From Eledone cirrhosa (Eukaryota), in contig CAXHJY010000300.1 in the NCBI GenBank assembly GCA_964016885.1, forward strand, positions 1 to 64,000: a DNA stretch of 64,000 nucleotides, given 5' to 3'. The position numbers and the translations under genes were made by a program. The notes under the pieces are model-generated. The model saw only the letters and a list, made by a program, of their open reading frames with translations. It was not told where the DNA came from and did no database searches. Below are positions 30,664 to 46,370 of the stretch, piece after piece (position 1 is the stretch's first letter; each line of letters begins with the position of its first letter).

Positions 30664-31319
30664 ACAATACACATATCTATGTTCTATTACACAGAAATTA
30701 AGCCCTATTAGAAGTTTGAATATTAAAAATAAGCATGGTAATAGTGAAAATAATACTAATACATCTACCCAATATACATGAGGCAATAATATGATATAAT
30801 TACAAGAAACACTTATAACAAATAATAAATAACAAAATTATATAATTCAATACAATACAATAAAGTAGAATAGATAATCCCCGGTTAATTTACAGAAACA
30901 ATATAGATGTCACAATGAAATACAATGATAAAATGTTAACATTATATTAACCAGTACCATAAACAATATATACAAAATGATTCATACTGGGTTACATAAT
31001 AAATGAGGAAATATAAATCATATAATACTCAAAAAAACTATAATGGTACAGGGAAAAATTATGATGTTACAGAAAAAATATGATGTTACAGAAAAAAATA
31101 TACAGACATCTAACATGATATGTAAAGTCTAAATATCATAATGTTACATATTACAATATTAAAATTGAAATATTAAAAAAAATCCAGACATCTTACATGA
31201 TATATAAAGTTTAAATATCATAATGTTTATATATAATGAACGGTAAGTAATAAGGATCTATATCATAATGTAATATATTTTAAAATTGGCATAAAATATA
31301 TAAATACTTATAATTAAAA

Positions 31320-33549
31320 AAAACTACGCTTGAGAATTTGAACCACATCAATAGTGAGGGCCTTAGAATAGTCTCTGACCTCGGACTCGATAAGTATAAC
31401 TAGCCATATTACCCTCGAGAACCGAGATTCACACTTAAGGACCATAAGGTTGATTTTATTAGTAACCCCTCAGTTAGACTTATCTGTCCTTCTAAGTCGG
31501 ATATAGCCATTATCAGTAAAAAAATCCTTGACCTTATTATACCAGATGTTAGGGATAAGGTTAATTTTAACTTATGGGGGAACACTAGGGAAGTTATAGA
31601 TTGGTTCTCTGGGATTAATAGACTTGAATCTAATAAGTTTATCCAATTCGATATTGATGCCTACTACACATCAATTTCACCCATCCTCCTCAATAAAGCC
31701 TTAATGTTGGCCATGAGAGTGTCCAGCCTTACACGATTGCAGGTAGATATTATACTAGCAGCCCGTAAAACTATTATTAAATTTGAGGACACTTTTTGGA
31801 CCCGTAAAAACACGCCCAATAATTTCGACGTTACAATGGGTTCGAGTGATTCGGCCCAGGTTACTGATCTTGTTGGGTTGTTCCTCCTTAATGAACTATA
31901 CGCTACCTTCCCGCACCTTGTAGGCGGACTATATCGTGATGATGCATTGTTTGTAATTAACTCTAGTACCAACAATGTAGAACGTAATAAGAAGAAGCTT
32001 TATAGGTTTTTTAATAGCTACAACCTTTCAATCACGATAGATAGAAATGATAGAGCGGTTAACTTTTTAGATGTGACTTTGGACTTGGCCACTAATAGTT
32101 TTAAACCCTTCCATAAGCCTAATGAAATTCTTTCTTATGTTAGCCCCAATTATAACCACCCTAAGTCTATGATAAACTCTATAATTAAGGGCGTTTCTAA
32201 TAGGATTTCCACACTATCTAAGGACATAGGAACTTTTAATGAACATGCGGAGTACTACAATAACGCCCTAGAAAATTCAGGTCACTCTAGTAAAATAAAT
32301 TATAATAATAGTAACTTTAGAAAGTCTCCGCTTACTCTTAATAACAATAACATTATATCACATAACATGGCCATGAATGGGAGTAGCAAACATAGTAACC
32401 GTAGAACTCATATAGGAGTATCTGAACCCACCCATAAGTTATCCCACCGGACTCGTAATAACAAATATAATACCTCTAAGAGACAAGTCGAGCCCCCTGT
32501 GCGCTCACGCATTGGTGTTGGTTTGGCTGGATCTTATTCTAGTAATGTTGCTCTTACTGATCCTATCATTGGCCTTAATCCTCTTGTAGGGATTCTGGAC
32601 AACAGCGGATCTACTAGAGGTAGAAACTATAATAGGCATAACGAAATTATGGCTGATTCTATGAATGTGGCTTCAACTATTCCCGATAGTAACCCTAGTC
32701 TCGACGGTGGGACATTTGATAGAGGTAGGGTCGATAAGAATAAAAATAAAAATAGAAGGCGATTGAATACTTATTTCAACCCGCCATATAATCAGGATGT
32801 ATCAACTAATATCCCTAGGTCTTTCTTCACTATCTTGGAGAAAAATGTCCCCCCTTCTCACAAATACCATGGTATTTTTAATAAAAAATGTTATTAAACT
32901 CTCATTCTCTACCACCCCTAATATTAGTTCTCATTTAGCTAGCACTAATAATAGGAAAATTAGGGATGGATTCTCCTCTCTACATACTACTAGTCTGAAT
33001 GCATCGGACAATGCTTTACCACCAGAACAGTCCTTATCTAATAGAGGTCCTACGTGCAATACATCACCACTCGAGCCAACCAATAACACCCGGAAGTGCA
33101 ATTGTAGAGTGAGTGCTAACTGCCCTCTAAACGGTAACTGCCTTTCTAAGAACATTGTCTATGCTTGCGAGGTTATAACTAATTCCTCTAAAAGAACGTA
33201 TATAGGATCTACTTCAAACACTTTTAAGACTAGGTTTAACTCTCATATCTCTAACTTCAAACATGTTAGGTTTAAGAATTCTACCTCTCTAGCGCATTAT
33301 ATCTGGGATCTTAAGGGAGCTTATTTACCATATAGCCTTAACTGGAGTTTAGTAGCACGATCTAACCACCTTTCTGCACATAGTAAGTTTTGTAATCTCT
33401 GTATACTTGAGACACACTCTATTATTTTCTCTAGCGTACCCTTACTGAATAGAAAGTCTGAGATATTCTCTTCTTGCCCCCACGCCATTTCTAATTCATA
33501 CTTTTATTATAAACCCAAATGTTCTAGTAGTACAAATTGTACCCATTAG
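31320..33549 (+). pseudogene. PLE RT + GIY-YIG, 5'-truncated, one stop and one frameshift
   Basis: KDHK, RLICPSKSD, QFDIDAYY, FDVTMGSSDSAQ, GLYRDD, CNCRVSANCPLNGNC, NIVY..YIGST; frameshift near 32885. Confidence 0.92.
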
Positions 33550-34825
33550 CAGAAATATTCCATTACTTAGTTTTTTGTTTGGGTTCTTTTGTTTGCCAAC
33601 ATTAATGTTATCATTGGTTTTTGATGACTCTTCATTCTAGCTCTCATAATCATTTGGCCACTGTACCATATCTATGTCTTCACTATTACACCTTGTTAGT
33701 ATACATAAGATTACACACTTTACGCCACTTACGTTATTCTATTATTATCTTTATATTTTTTTATTATTATTAACTTTAATTTTAATTTTAATATTATTTT
33801 TATTTTTATTTTTATTTTTAATTCTATTTTTATTTTTTATTTCTAAGTCTATTCTGATTTATCTATCGACCCCCCCCCCCTTTCTCCCCCTCCCCCTCCC
33901 CCCCCATGCACACACAAACTTATTGTCAACCCCTCCAGATTGAATATGATTATATTTAACCCCCCCTCTTTTATGCTCCGTTCTATTATTTATTATAGTA
34001 TATCGAATATATTTTATGCCACTTCGCACCCTCCATATATTTTGTCAATTCTGTCCCCATTAGCTTACCTTAACTCCACTTAAGTCAGTTTTTTAGATAT
34101 CGTTGCGTATATGATAGTGTAATTTTATTCCTTTTTGTAAACATTTGTAATGATACATTAAAGTTTATATACTTTAATGAATTAAACTACAGCTAATATT
34201 ATACTACCTTATCGGACGGGTTCGATATTTTTAATATTAATTTATCAGATAGGGTTTGGAGTCATTTAAAATGATCGCTTTCCTTGGTGTTTACCTAATT
34301 TCTTAATGCACGCGAGGCCTAAATGTGTATACATTTGCTTTTGTTTTGTAATTTCCGGTTGATTGTATTTATTTGTTTTATTCTATATTCTATTTACTAT
34401 TCACTGTCTGGCTTCGCTCACTCATCCACACATGTCTGTCTACTAACCTTGTAATTATAAGTATTTATATATTTTATGCCAATTTAAAAATATATTACAT
34501 TATGATATAGATCCTTATTACTTACCGTTCATTATATATAACATTATGATATTTAAACTTTATATATCATGTAAGATGTCTGGATTTTTTTAATATTTTA
34601 ATTTTAATATTGTAATATGTAACATTCTGATATTTAGACTTTACATATCATGTTAGTTGTCTGTATATTTTTTTCTGTAACATCATATTTTTTCTGTAAC
34701 ATCATAATTTTTCCCTGTACCATTATAGTTTTTTTGAGTATTATATGATTTATATTTCCTCATTTATTATGTAACCCAGTATGAATCATTTTGTATATAT
34801 TGTTTATGGTACTGGTTAACATAAT

Positions 34826-35009
34826 TGTTTCTACTTTAGGCACAAGGCCAGCAATTACCCAGTGCATTACTGGTACTTCATTTTATCGACCCCGTAGGAT
34901 GAAAGGCAAAGTCAACCTCGGCGGGATTTGAACTCAGATCGTAAAGGGACGTAACTATGCTGGAAAGCATGGCGCCCGACCCTCTACCGATACTGCCAAA
35001 CACCAACTT
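34826..35009 (-). mobile_element. tRNA-derived SINE with 14-bp target-site duplication
   Basis: Minus strand A box TGGCAGTATCGG and B box GAGTTCAAATCC; TSD CTGGTTAACATAAT at 34812-34825 and 35010-35023; empty site in left arm near 30945. Confidence 0.9.
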
Positions 35010-35313
35010 CTGGTTAACATAATGTTAACATTTTATCATTGTATTTCATTGTGACATCTATATTGTTTCTGTAAATTAACCGGGGATTATCTATTCTACT
35101 TTATTGTATTGTATTGAATTATATAATTTTGTTGTTTATTATTTGTTATAAGTGTTTCTTGTAATTATATCATATTATTGCCTCATGTATATTGGGTAGA
35201 TGTATTAGTATTATTTTCACTATTACCATGCTTATTTTTAATATTCAAACTTCTAATAGGGCTTAATTTCTGTGTAATAGAACATAGATATGTGTATTGT
35301 TATATGTGTGTGT

Positions 35314-35372
<59 letters not shown>

Positions 35373-35711
35373 CAAATATACATGTATATATTGTACCTTT
35401 TGATTTTTAATTTTTAATTTGGAATTTTAATGTTCGTATAAATATATTATTATTATAAGGTATTATATTGTGTTATATATAATTCCTGCTCTATATAACC
35501 AAATTTGCTTAGATTTAGGTTGGTGGCTTTGGACTATATTTGTTATATGGTTCTTAATGTTATCTACATCCTTAGTTATTATAATTTTATTATTTTTATC
35601 TTTATTTTCATTTTTATTGTCGTATATATTTGCAAGACATTAGTGTATGTACACTCCATATTCTTCAGAGTTTCTGGCTTGTATCTGCCGATATTACCTC
35701 TTGTTGTTTTG

Positions 35712-35756
35712 ATTGCCCTGATGAGTCCTTAATAGGACGAAACATTGTCGGCTAAT
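35712..35756 (+). ncRNA. Canonical minimal hammerhead (PLE-D right arm)
   Basis: ATTGCC-CTGATGA-GTCCT taat AGGAC-GAAA-CATTG-TC-GGCTAAT. Confidence 0.88.
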
Positions 35757-35903
35757 AAAAACTTTTGATGTATTAAAGGATTCTTTGTTTTACTCTCTTA
35801 ATTTTTGGGCTCTGTTTAACTGCATTGAGCTATACCTTTTACTGTCATTTCTATAATACGAAGAGGGTGTTTGACTCAAACACGCTCCAGTATTCTAATC
35901 CTT

Positions 35904-36528
35904 ATATATATACATATACATATATATATACATATACATATATATATACATATATATATACAAATACACATATACATATATATATATACATATATATATA
36001 TATACAAATACACATATACATATATATATACATATATACATATATATATATATATACATACATATACATATATATACATATACATATACATATATATACA
36101 TATATATACATATACATATACATATACATATATATACATATATATATATACATATACATATATATACATACATATATATATATATACATATACATATATA
36201 TACATACATATATATATACATATACATATATATATATATACATATACATATATATATATATATACATACACATATATATATATATATACATACACATATA
36301 TAAATATATACATATACATATATATATATATATACATACACATATATATATATATACATACACATATATATATATATACATACATATACATATATATACA
36401 TACATACATATACATATATATATATACATAAATACATATACATATATATATATATACATATACATATACATACATATATATATACATACATATACATACA
36501 TATATATATATATACATATACATACATA

Positions 36529-36562
<34 letters not shown>

Positions 36563-36667
36563 CATATATATACATACATATACATACATATATATATATA
36601 TATACATACATATATATATATATACATACATATATATATATATACATACATATATATATATACATAC

Positions 36668-36698
<31 letters not shown>

Positions 36699-36703
36699 CA
36701 TAC

Positions 36704-36734
<31 letters not shown>

Positions 36735-36769
36735 CATACATATATATATATATACATACATATATATAT

Positions 36770-36802
<33 letters not shown>

Positions 36803-37405
36803 TATATATACACATATATATACATATATATATACACATATATATACATATACATACATATATATATACACATATATATACATATATATATACACATATA
36901 TATACATATATATATATATACATATATATACACACATATATATACACACATATATATACATATATATATACACATATATATATATATACATATATATACA
37001 TATATATATATATATACATATATATACATATATATATATATACATACATATATATACATATATATATATATACATACATATACATATATATATATATACA
37101 TACATATATATACATATATATATATACATACATATATATACATATATATATATATACATACATATATATATATATATATACATACATATATATACATATA
37201 TATATATATACATACATATATATACATATATATATATATACATACATATATATATATATACATACATATATATATATATACATACATATATATATATATA
37301 TACATACATATATATATATATATACATACATATATATATATATACATACATATATATATATATACATACATATATATATATATATACACATATATATATA
37401 TATAC

Positions 37406-37480
<75 letters not shown>

Positions 37481-37509
37481 CATACATACATACATATATA
37501 TATACATAC

Positions 37510-37543
<34 letters not shown>

Positions 37544-37577
37544 ACATATACATATATATACATATACATATATATAC

Positions 37578-37624
<47 letters not shown>
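35904..37624. repeat. Imperfect (TA)n/(TACA) microsatellite
   Basis: Direct inspection. Confidence 0.98.
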
Positions 37625-37627
<3 letters not shown>

Positions 37628-37716
37628 TAAGTTAATACTGGCCAGTTAATACTGGCCAATTAATACTGGCTATTAAGTTAATACTGGCCAAAACATTTCA
37701 AAGTTATTCAAAGTTA
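37625..37716 (+). mobile_element. CR1-like 3' tail only, with a stuttered TTAATACTGGC motif
   Basis: Ends ATACTGGCCAAAACATTTCAAAGTTATTCAAAGTTA like the other copies. Confidence 0.8.
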
Positions 37717-37895
37717 TACATATATATACATACATATACATATACATATATATACATACATATACATATATATATACATATATATATATATATACATATA
37801 CATATACATATATATATACATACATATACATACATATACATACATATACATATACATATATATATACATACATATATATATATATACATACATAT

Positions 37896-39860
37896 CAGGA
37901 AAAAACAACAAAGAATCGCAGAAACATGACTGTCGTGTGGCTGGACTATCAAAAAGCATTTGATAGTGTACCTCATGGGTGGATTGTTAAGGCTTTACAG
38001 TTAGCTAAAGTCCCACAACCATTGGTAGCTGCTGTTGAACGCCTGACCAAGAACTGGTACACCAGTTTGATCCTTAGAGGTGAGAAGGAGCAGGTTAAGA
38101 CTGATAAGATACATTACCAGAAGGGCATCTTTCAGGGTGATAGCTTGTCAGTGCTACTCTTCGTTCTCTCACTGAATCCACTATCTTACCTACTCAGGAA
38201 ACAAGGTGGACAAAGAAGTGGGACCAGAAGTATCTCCCATCTTTTCTTTGTTGATGACCTGAAGTTGTATGGGCCAAATATCAATGACATCAAGAAACAA
38301 TTGGACCTCATTACACAATTTTCAACCGACATCAAAATGAAATTTGGTGAGTCCAAGTGTGCATATTTGGCAGTAAAACGTGGAAGAGCTGTGCCCTCCT
38401 CTAGAAATCTAGAGATGAACGGCCTGACAATACAACCTCTGCAGTCAGGTGACAACTACAGATATCTTGGACAGGATGAGAATGTCAGATATGATGGACC
38501 CATAAATAAGGAGAGAACCAGAACTGAATACCTCAGAAGAGTAAAGAAAATATGGTCATCAGAACTGTCAGCATACAACAAATACATTGCCCACAATACT
38601 TATGCTGTGCCAATTCTAACGCCAACATTTGGCCTACTGAACTGGTCATTGCAAGAACTAAGTGAGATGGATGTTAGAACTCGAAAACTTTTCAGTGTTA
38701 CTGGGAACTTTAACATCAATGCTGATGTGGATAGGCTATACTTCTCACGCAAGGAAGGTGGCCGGGGTCTAAAATCAATATTAACAACATATGAGACCCG
38801 GATAGTGACACTGAAGCAACACCTTCAACAGAGGAAAAAGGTTGGCAACCATCTTGCCCAGGTTTATGACCATGAAAAAAGAAATATCATTAGAATAGCG
38901 ACTGATCTGGAGGAGAGATATGGAATAAAGCCCGATATAAATCTCTCACCCAGAGAAATCGGAAGATCCTATTCAATGTTCAAACAAGAAAAAAAAATTG
39001 ACCAATTTACAGAAAAAGTTGTGCATGGATACTTGAGGCGTAAAACACAGACCATAGAGGGGATAAACCACTCAAAAAGCCTGGCATGGAGTTCCGACAA
39101 GTTTATGACATCACACATTGAGGGATATCTCTATGCAATACAGGAACAAGAACTCCCTACCAAATATCTGCTGCACAAAAGAGGAGGGCCAGCAGCTGAC
39201 AATAAATGTAGGCTATGTAAAACAAAGATCGAGGATGTAAGCCACATTGTTGCCAGCTGCGAAAGAATGTCATCTCGCTACTACCTCCCCATGAGACACG
39301 ATGGGATAGCTAGAACCATCTGGAACGCACTTCGGAAAACAAAATCAACAACAAACGAGGAAGAATATATTGAGACAGATGGCACTAAGGAATACTGGTG
39401 GAACCTGAAAATAAAAACTGCCACCAAATTAAAGCACAACCGGCCTGATATTGTAGTTTGGGACCACACATTGAAAACGTGTTCTGTTGTGGAGATCAGC
39501 TGCCCACTTGATGTAAACGTTGTCAGAAAAATACAGGAGAAGGAGGACATCTACGGACCATTGATGAGGAGTTTACAAATCCAGTATCCAAGATACACCT
39601 TTAGCTTCATACCCATCATTATTGGTGCTACGGGTTATATACCAACCCGCTTGGACCAAAGCATGACTGAACTTGGATTTGCGGACAAAAAGCGCAGATC
39701 CCTAATTCATAGTCTACAAATGGCTGCGATAGCTGGCACCTTCAAAATTTGCAAAACATTCTTGCAATTCAAGGGATGACAATTTCTTTTCTTTTACAAC
39801 CTTGCCACCAGGAAGGTGGCCGGTCAAAAAATATACTCAAAATTAAGAGAAAGAGAAAAC
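37896..39860 (+). mobile_element. R4/Dong-like non-LTR retrotransposon copy 1 (RT, CCHC knuckle, restriction-like endonuclease), 5'-truncated
   Basis: ORF 37926-39779: [37 protein letters not shown]...[18 protein letters not shown]...VEISCP. Confidence 0.92.
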
Positions 39861-39893
39861 ATATACATACATATACATATATATATATATACA

Positions 39894-39924
<31 letters not shown>

Positions 39925-40626
39925 ACATACATATACATATATATATATATACATATACATATATACATACATATACATATATATACATACATATACATAT
40001 ATATATATATATACATACATATACATATATACATACATATACATATATATATATATACATACATATACATATATATATATATACATACATATACATATAT
40101 ACATACATATACATATATATATATATACATACATATACATATATATATATATATACATACATATACATATATATATATATACACATACATATACATATAT
40201 ATATATATACAAACATATACATATATATATATATACAAACATATACATATATACATACATATACATATATATATATATACACATATATATATATACATAC
40301 ATATACATATATACATACATATACATATATACATACATATACATACATATATATATATACATACATATACATATATATATACATACATATACATATATAT
40401 ATATACATACATATATACATACATATACATATATATATATACATACATATACCTATATATATACATATACCTATATATATATACATACATATACATATAT
40501 ATATACACTTACAAATACATATACATATACATATATACATACATACACATATATATATATATACATATACATACACATATATATATATATACATATACAT
40601 ACACATATATATATATATACATATAC

Positions 40627-40658
<32 letters not shown>

Positions 40659-40945
40659 ATATATATACATATACATACATATATATATATATACATATAC
40701 ATACATATATATATATATACATATACATACATATATATATACATACATATACATATATATATACATACATATACATATACATACATATATATATATATAC
40801 ATACATATACATATATATACATACATATACATATATATATACATACATACATATATATATACATACATATATATATACATACATATATATATATATACAT
40901 ACATATACATATATATATACATACATATACATATATATATATATA
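39861..40945. repeat. Imperfect (TACA/TA)n microsatellite
   Basis: Direct inspection. Confidence 0.98.
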
Positions 40946-41482
40946 CATGGTGGCTGCCAACTCGTTTTCGAGTACGGCCACTACTTTATATCCATGTAGG
41001 AGAACCCTTACCGATGCGCTGAACGAGTGTGACTTTTTAGTCCAGCCAGCGACTTAAAAACTCTGGTACAAACACTTCACTTGTGACAATTATTGACACA
41101 TAGTGTTGGGCCCATGGTACCATGTGATGACAAGTGCAGAGAGATCTCCAGATATAAAGCAATGCCTGTGCCCTGAAGCTTTTATAGTGAGCAAAGGCAC
41201 TGCACAAAGCCAGTCCCACTCTCTTAACCAAGATGATATTTACCAAAAAGAAGGACAAGTCAACATCATTGGATACCATCAGGGTTGCAGGTGTTATATC
41301 AGAGTTTTCCTTCTCCTAGAATTCTGCCTTGATAAAGGCTAAGTGGTCATCTCTCCCGGTGATTTTGGATGGCCATTGACTCTTAAGAGCTCCTTTGCCC
41401 TTTGACAGGCTTTGTTTTTAGTCCTGCAGGATGTCCAAAGTCACCCTCCTCACCAAGAAACCTTGGTGGGGTTGCCAGTTTA
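40946..41482 (-). mobile_element. Non-coding ~0.6 kb retroposon, copy 1 (probably RTE-derived)
   Basis: Homologous to 41506-42110 and 55449-56025; one shared fixed end; minus strand contains CTAGGAGAAGGAAAACTCTGA. Confidence 0.7.
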
Positions 41483-41505
41483 CATACATATATATATACA
41501 TACAT

Positions 41506-42110
41506 ATGGTGGCTGCCAACTCGTTTTCGAGTACGGCCACTACTTTATATCCATGTAGGAGAACCCCTACCGATGCGCTGAACAAGTGCGACTTTTTAGT
41601 CCAGCCAGCGACTTGAAAACTCTGGTACAAACACTACACTTGTGACAATTATTGACATAGTGCTGGGCCCATGGTACCATGTGACGACAAGTGCGGAGAG
41701 ATCTCCAGATATAAAGCAATGCCTGTGCCGTGAAGCTTTTATAGTGAGCAAAGGCACTGCACAAAGCCAGTCCCACTCTCTTAACCAAGATGATATTTAC
41801 CAAAAAGGACAAGTCAATATCATTGGATACCATCAGGGTTGCAGGTGTTATATCAGAGTTTTCCTTCTCCTAGAATTCTGCCTTGACAAAGGCTAAGGGG
41901 TCATCTCTCCCGGTGATTTTGAATGGTCATTGACTCTTAAGAGCTCCTTTGCCCTTTGACAGGTTTTGTTTTTAGTCCTGCAGGATGTCCAAAGTCACCC
42001 TCCTCACCAAGAAACCTTGGTGGGGTTGCCAGTTTAGTCGCCAACGACCCGACCATGGGACAGGTTGTACTGGGATACATGTTACCAGTAGCACCAACTG
42101 GTGACCTGAC
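41506..42110 (-). mobile_element. Non-coding ~0.6 kb retroposon, copy 2 (longest)
   Basis: Separated from copy 1 by ~23 bp of TA/CA. Confidence 0.7.
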
Positions 42111-42315
42111 ATATGTATATATACATACATATACATATATGACATATGTATATATACATACATATACATATATATATACATACATATATATATATATACA
42201 TATACATATATATATATACATATACATATATATATATACATACATATATATATATACATACATATATATATATACATATACATATATACATATACATATA
42301 TATATATACATATAC

Positions 42316-42378
<63 letters not shown>

Positions 42379-42427
42379 CATATATATATACATATATATA
42401 TATATACATACATATATATATACATAC

Positions 42428-42474
<47 letters not shown>

Positions 42475-42767
42475 CATATATATATACATATATATATATA
42501 TACATATATATATACATATATATATATATACATACATATACATATATATAGATATATACATACATATACATATATATATATATACACATACATACATATA
42601 TATATATATACATACATATACATATATATATATACACATACATATATATATATATAGATATATATATATACATACATATATATATATATACATATACATA
42701 TATATATATATACATACATATACATATATATATATACACATACATACATATACATATATATATATAC

Positions 42768-42798
<31 letters not shown>

Positions 42799-43589
42799 CA
42801 TACATATACATATATATATATACACATACATATATATATATATACATATATATACATATATATATACATATACATACATATACATATATATATACATATA
42901 CATACATATATATATACATACATATACATATATATATATACATATACATACATATATATATATATATACATACATATACATATATATATACATACATATA
43001 CATATATATATACATACATATACATATATATATATATACACATACATATACATATATATATATATATACATACAAATTCATATATATATATACACATACA
43101 TATACATATATATATACATGTATATATATATACATACATATATACATATATATATATATACATACATATACATATACATATATATATACATATACATATA
43201 TATATACATATATATATATACATACATATACATATATATATATACATACATATACATATATATATACATACTTATACATATATATACACATACATATACA
43301 TATATATACACATACATATACATATATATATACATACATATACATATATATATACATACATATACATATACATACATATACATATACATACATACATATA
43401 CATATATATATACATACATATACATATATATATACATACATATACATATATATACATACATATACATATATATATACATACATATACATATATATATATA
43501 TCTATATACATACATATACATATATATACATACATATACATATATATAATTATATATACATACATATACATATATATACATACATATAC

Positions 43590-43621
<32 letters not shown>

Positions 43622-43641
43622 ATATATATACATACATATAC

Positions 43642-43673
<32 letters not shown>

Positions 43674-43825
43674 ATATATATACATACATATACATATATA
43701 TATATACATACATATACATATACATATATATATATATATACATATACGTATATATACATATATATACATATTCATATATATATACATATACATATATATA
43801 TATACATATACATATATACATATAC

Positions 43826-43888
<63 letters not shown>

Positions 43889-44147
43889 CATATACATATA
43901 TATATACATACACATATATATGTACATACACATATATACATACATATACATATATATATACATACACATATATACATACATATACATATATATTTACATA
44001 CATACACATATATATATACATATACATATACATATAGATATATATATATACATATATATATATACATACATACACATTTATATATATACATACATACATA
44101 TATATATACATACATGCATATATATATACATACATACATACATACAC

Positions 44148-44190
<43 letters not shown>

Positions 44191-44282
44191 CACATATATA
44201 TATACATATATATATACATATATATATATATATACATACATACATATATACATACATATATATATATATACATACATACATT
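42111..44282. repeat. ~2.2 kb imperfect (TACA/TA)n microsatellite
   Basis: Direct inspection. Confidence 0.98.
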
Positions 44283-45880
44283 GTTGTATGGGCCAAATAT
44301 CAATGACATCAAGAAACAATTGGACCTCATTACACAATTTTCAACCGACATCAAAATGAAATTTGGTGAGTCCAAGTGTGCATATTTGGCAGTAAAACGT
44401 GGAAGAGCTGTGCCCTCCTCTAGAAATCTAGATATGAACGGCCTGACAATACAACCTCTGCAGTCAGGTGACAACTACAGATATCTTGGACAGGATGAGA
44501 ATGTCAGATATGATGGACCCATAAATAAGGAGAGAACCAGAACTGAATACCTCAGAAGAGTAAAGAAAATATGGTCATCAGAACTGTCAGCATACAACAA
44601 ATACATTGCCCACAATACCTATGCTGTGCCAATTCTAACGCCAACATTTGGCCTACTGAACTGGTCATTGCAAGAACTAAGTGAGATGGATGTTAGAACT
44701 CGCAAACTTCTCAGTGTTACTGGTAACTTTAACATCAATGGTGATGTGGATAGGCTATACTTCTCACGCAAGGAAGGTGGCCGGGGTCTAAAATCAATAT
44801 TAACAACATATGAGACCCGGATAGTAACACTGAAGCAACACCTTCAACAGAGGAAAAAGGTTGGCGACCATCTTGCTCAGGTTTATGAGCATGAAAAAAG
44901 AAATATCATTAGAATAGCGACTGATCTGGAGGAGAGATATGGAATAAAGCCTGATATAAATCTCTCACCCAGAGTAATCGGAAGATCCTATTCAATGTTC
45001 AAACAAGAAAAAAAAATTGACCAATTTACAGAGAAAGTTGTGCATGGATACTTGAGGCGTAAAACACAGACCATAGAGGGGATAAACCACTCAAAAAGCC
45101 TGGCATGGAGTTCCGACAAGTTTATGACATCACACCTTGAGGGATATCTCTATGCAATACAAGAACAAGAACTCCCTACCAAATATCTGCTGCACAAAAG
45201 AGGAGGGCCAGCAGCTGACAATAAATGTAGGCTATGTAAAACAAAGATCGAGGATGTAAGCCACATTGTTGCCAGCTGCGAAAGAATGTCATCTCGCTAC
45301 TACTTCCCCATGAGACACGATGGGATAGCTAGAACTATCTGGAACGCACTTCGGAAAACAAAATTAACAACAAACGAGGAAGAATATATTGAGACAGATG
45401 GCACTAAGGAATACTGGTGGAACCTGAAAATAAAAACTGCCACCAAATTAAAGCACAACCGGCCTGATATTGTAGTTTGGGACCACACATTGAAAACGTG
45501 TTCTGTTGTGGAGATCAGCTGCCCACTTGATGTAAACGTTGTCAGAAAAATACAGGAGAAGGAGGACATCTACGGACCATTGATGAGGAGCTTACAAATC
45601 CAGTATCCAAGATACACCTTTAGCTTCATACCCATCATTATTGGTGCTACGGGTTATATACCAACCCGCTTGGACCAAAGTATGACCGAACTTGGATTTG
45701 CGGACAAAAAGCGCAGCTCCCTAATTCATAGTCTACAAATGGCTGCGATAGCTGGCACCTTCAAAATATGCAAAACATTCTTGCGATTCAAGGGATGACA
45801 ATTTCTTTTCTTTTACAACCTTGCCACCAGGAAGGTGGCCGGTCAAAAAAATATACTCGAAATTAAGAGAAAGAGAAAAC
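44283..45880 (+). mobile_element. R4/Dong-like element copy 2, truncated just after FVDD
   Basis: Open frame to 45798, near-identical to copy 1; same 3' end GAGAAAGAGAAAAC then ATA(C/T)A. Confidence 0.92.
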
Positions 45881-46262
45881 ATACATACACATATATATAT
45901 ATATATATACGTACATATATATATATATGCATACATACATATATATATATATATATATACATACATACATATATATATATACATACATAGATATATATAT
46001 ATACATACATATATATATATACATATACATACATATATATACATATACATACATATATATACATATACATACATATACATATATATACAAACATATATAT
46101 ATATACATATACATACATATATATACATATACATACATATACATATATATACAACCATATATACATATATACATATACATATATATATACATATACATAT
46201 ATATACATATATATAAATACATATATATATATATACATACATATATACTTATATACATATAC

Positions 46263-46296
<34 letters not shown>

Positions 46297-46370
46297 ACAT
46301 ATATATAAATACATATATATATATATACATACATATATACATATACATATATACATATATATATATGTGT

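Larger units (their letters stand above)
30188..35903 (+). mobile_element. PLE family D (same clade as A), 5'-truncated, with ~1.1 kb inverted terminal arms
   Basis: 30188-31316 is the reverse complement of 34452-35802 (without the SINE); extra ~100-bp tail 35803-35903. Confidence 0.92.

Noticed and set aside
34900-35009. tRNA gene
   Set aside because: A and B boxes only, with a non-tRNA body and TSD, so it is a SINE
30188-35802. DNA transposon with long TIRs (also 46-51 kb and 56-62 kb)
   Set aside because: The arms are PLE 3' regions with hammerheads and the enclosed ORFs are RT/GIY-YIG, not transposase
42010-42110. HDV-like ribozyme at the 5' end of the 0.6 kb element
   Set aside because: I could not build a consistent P1/P3/P1.1 pseudoknot by hand
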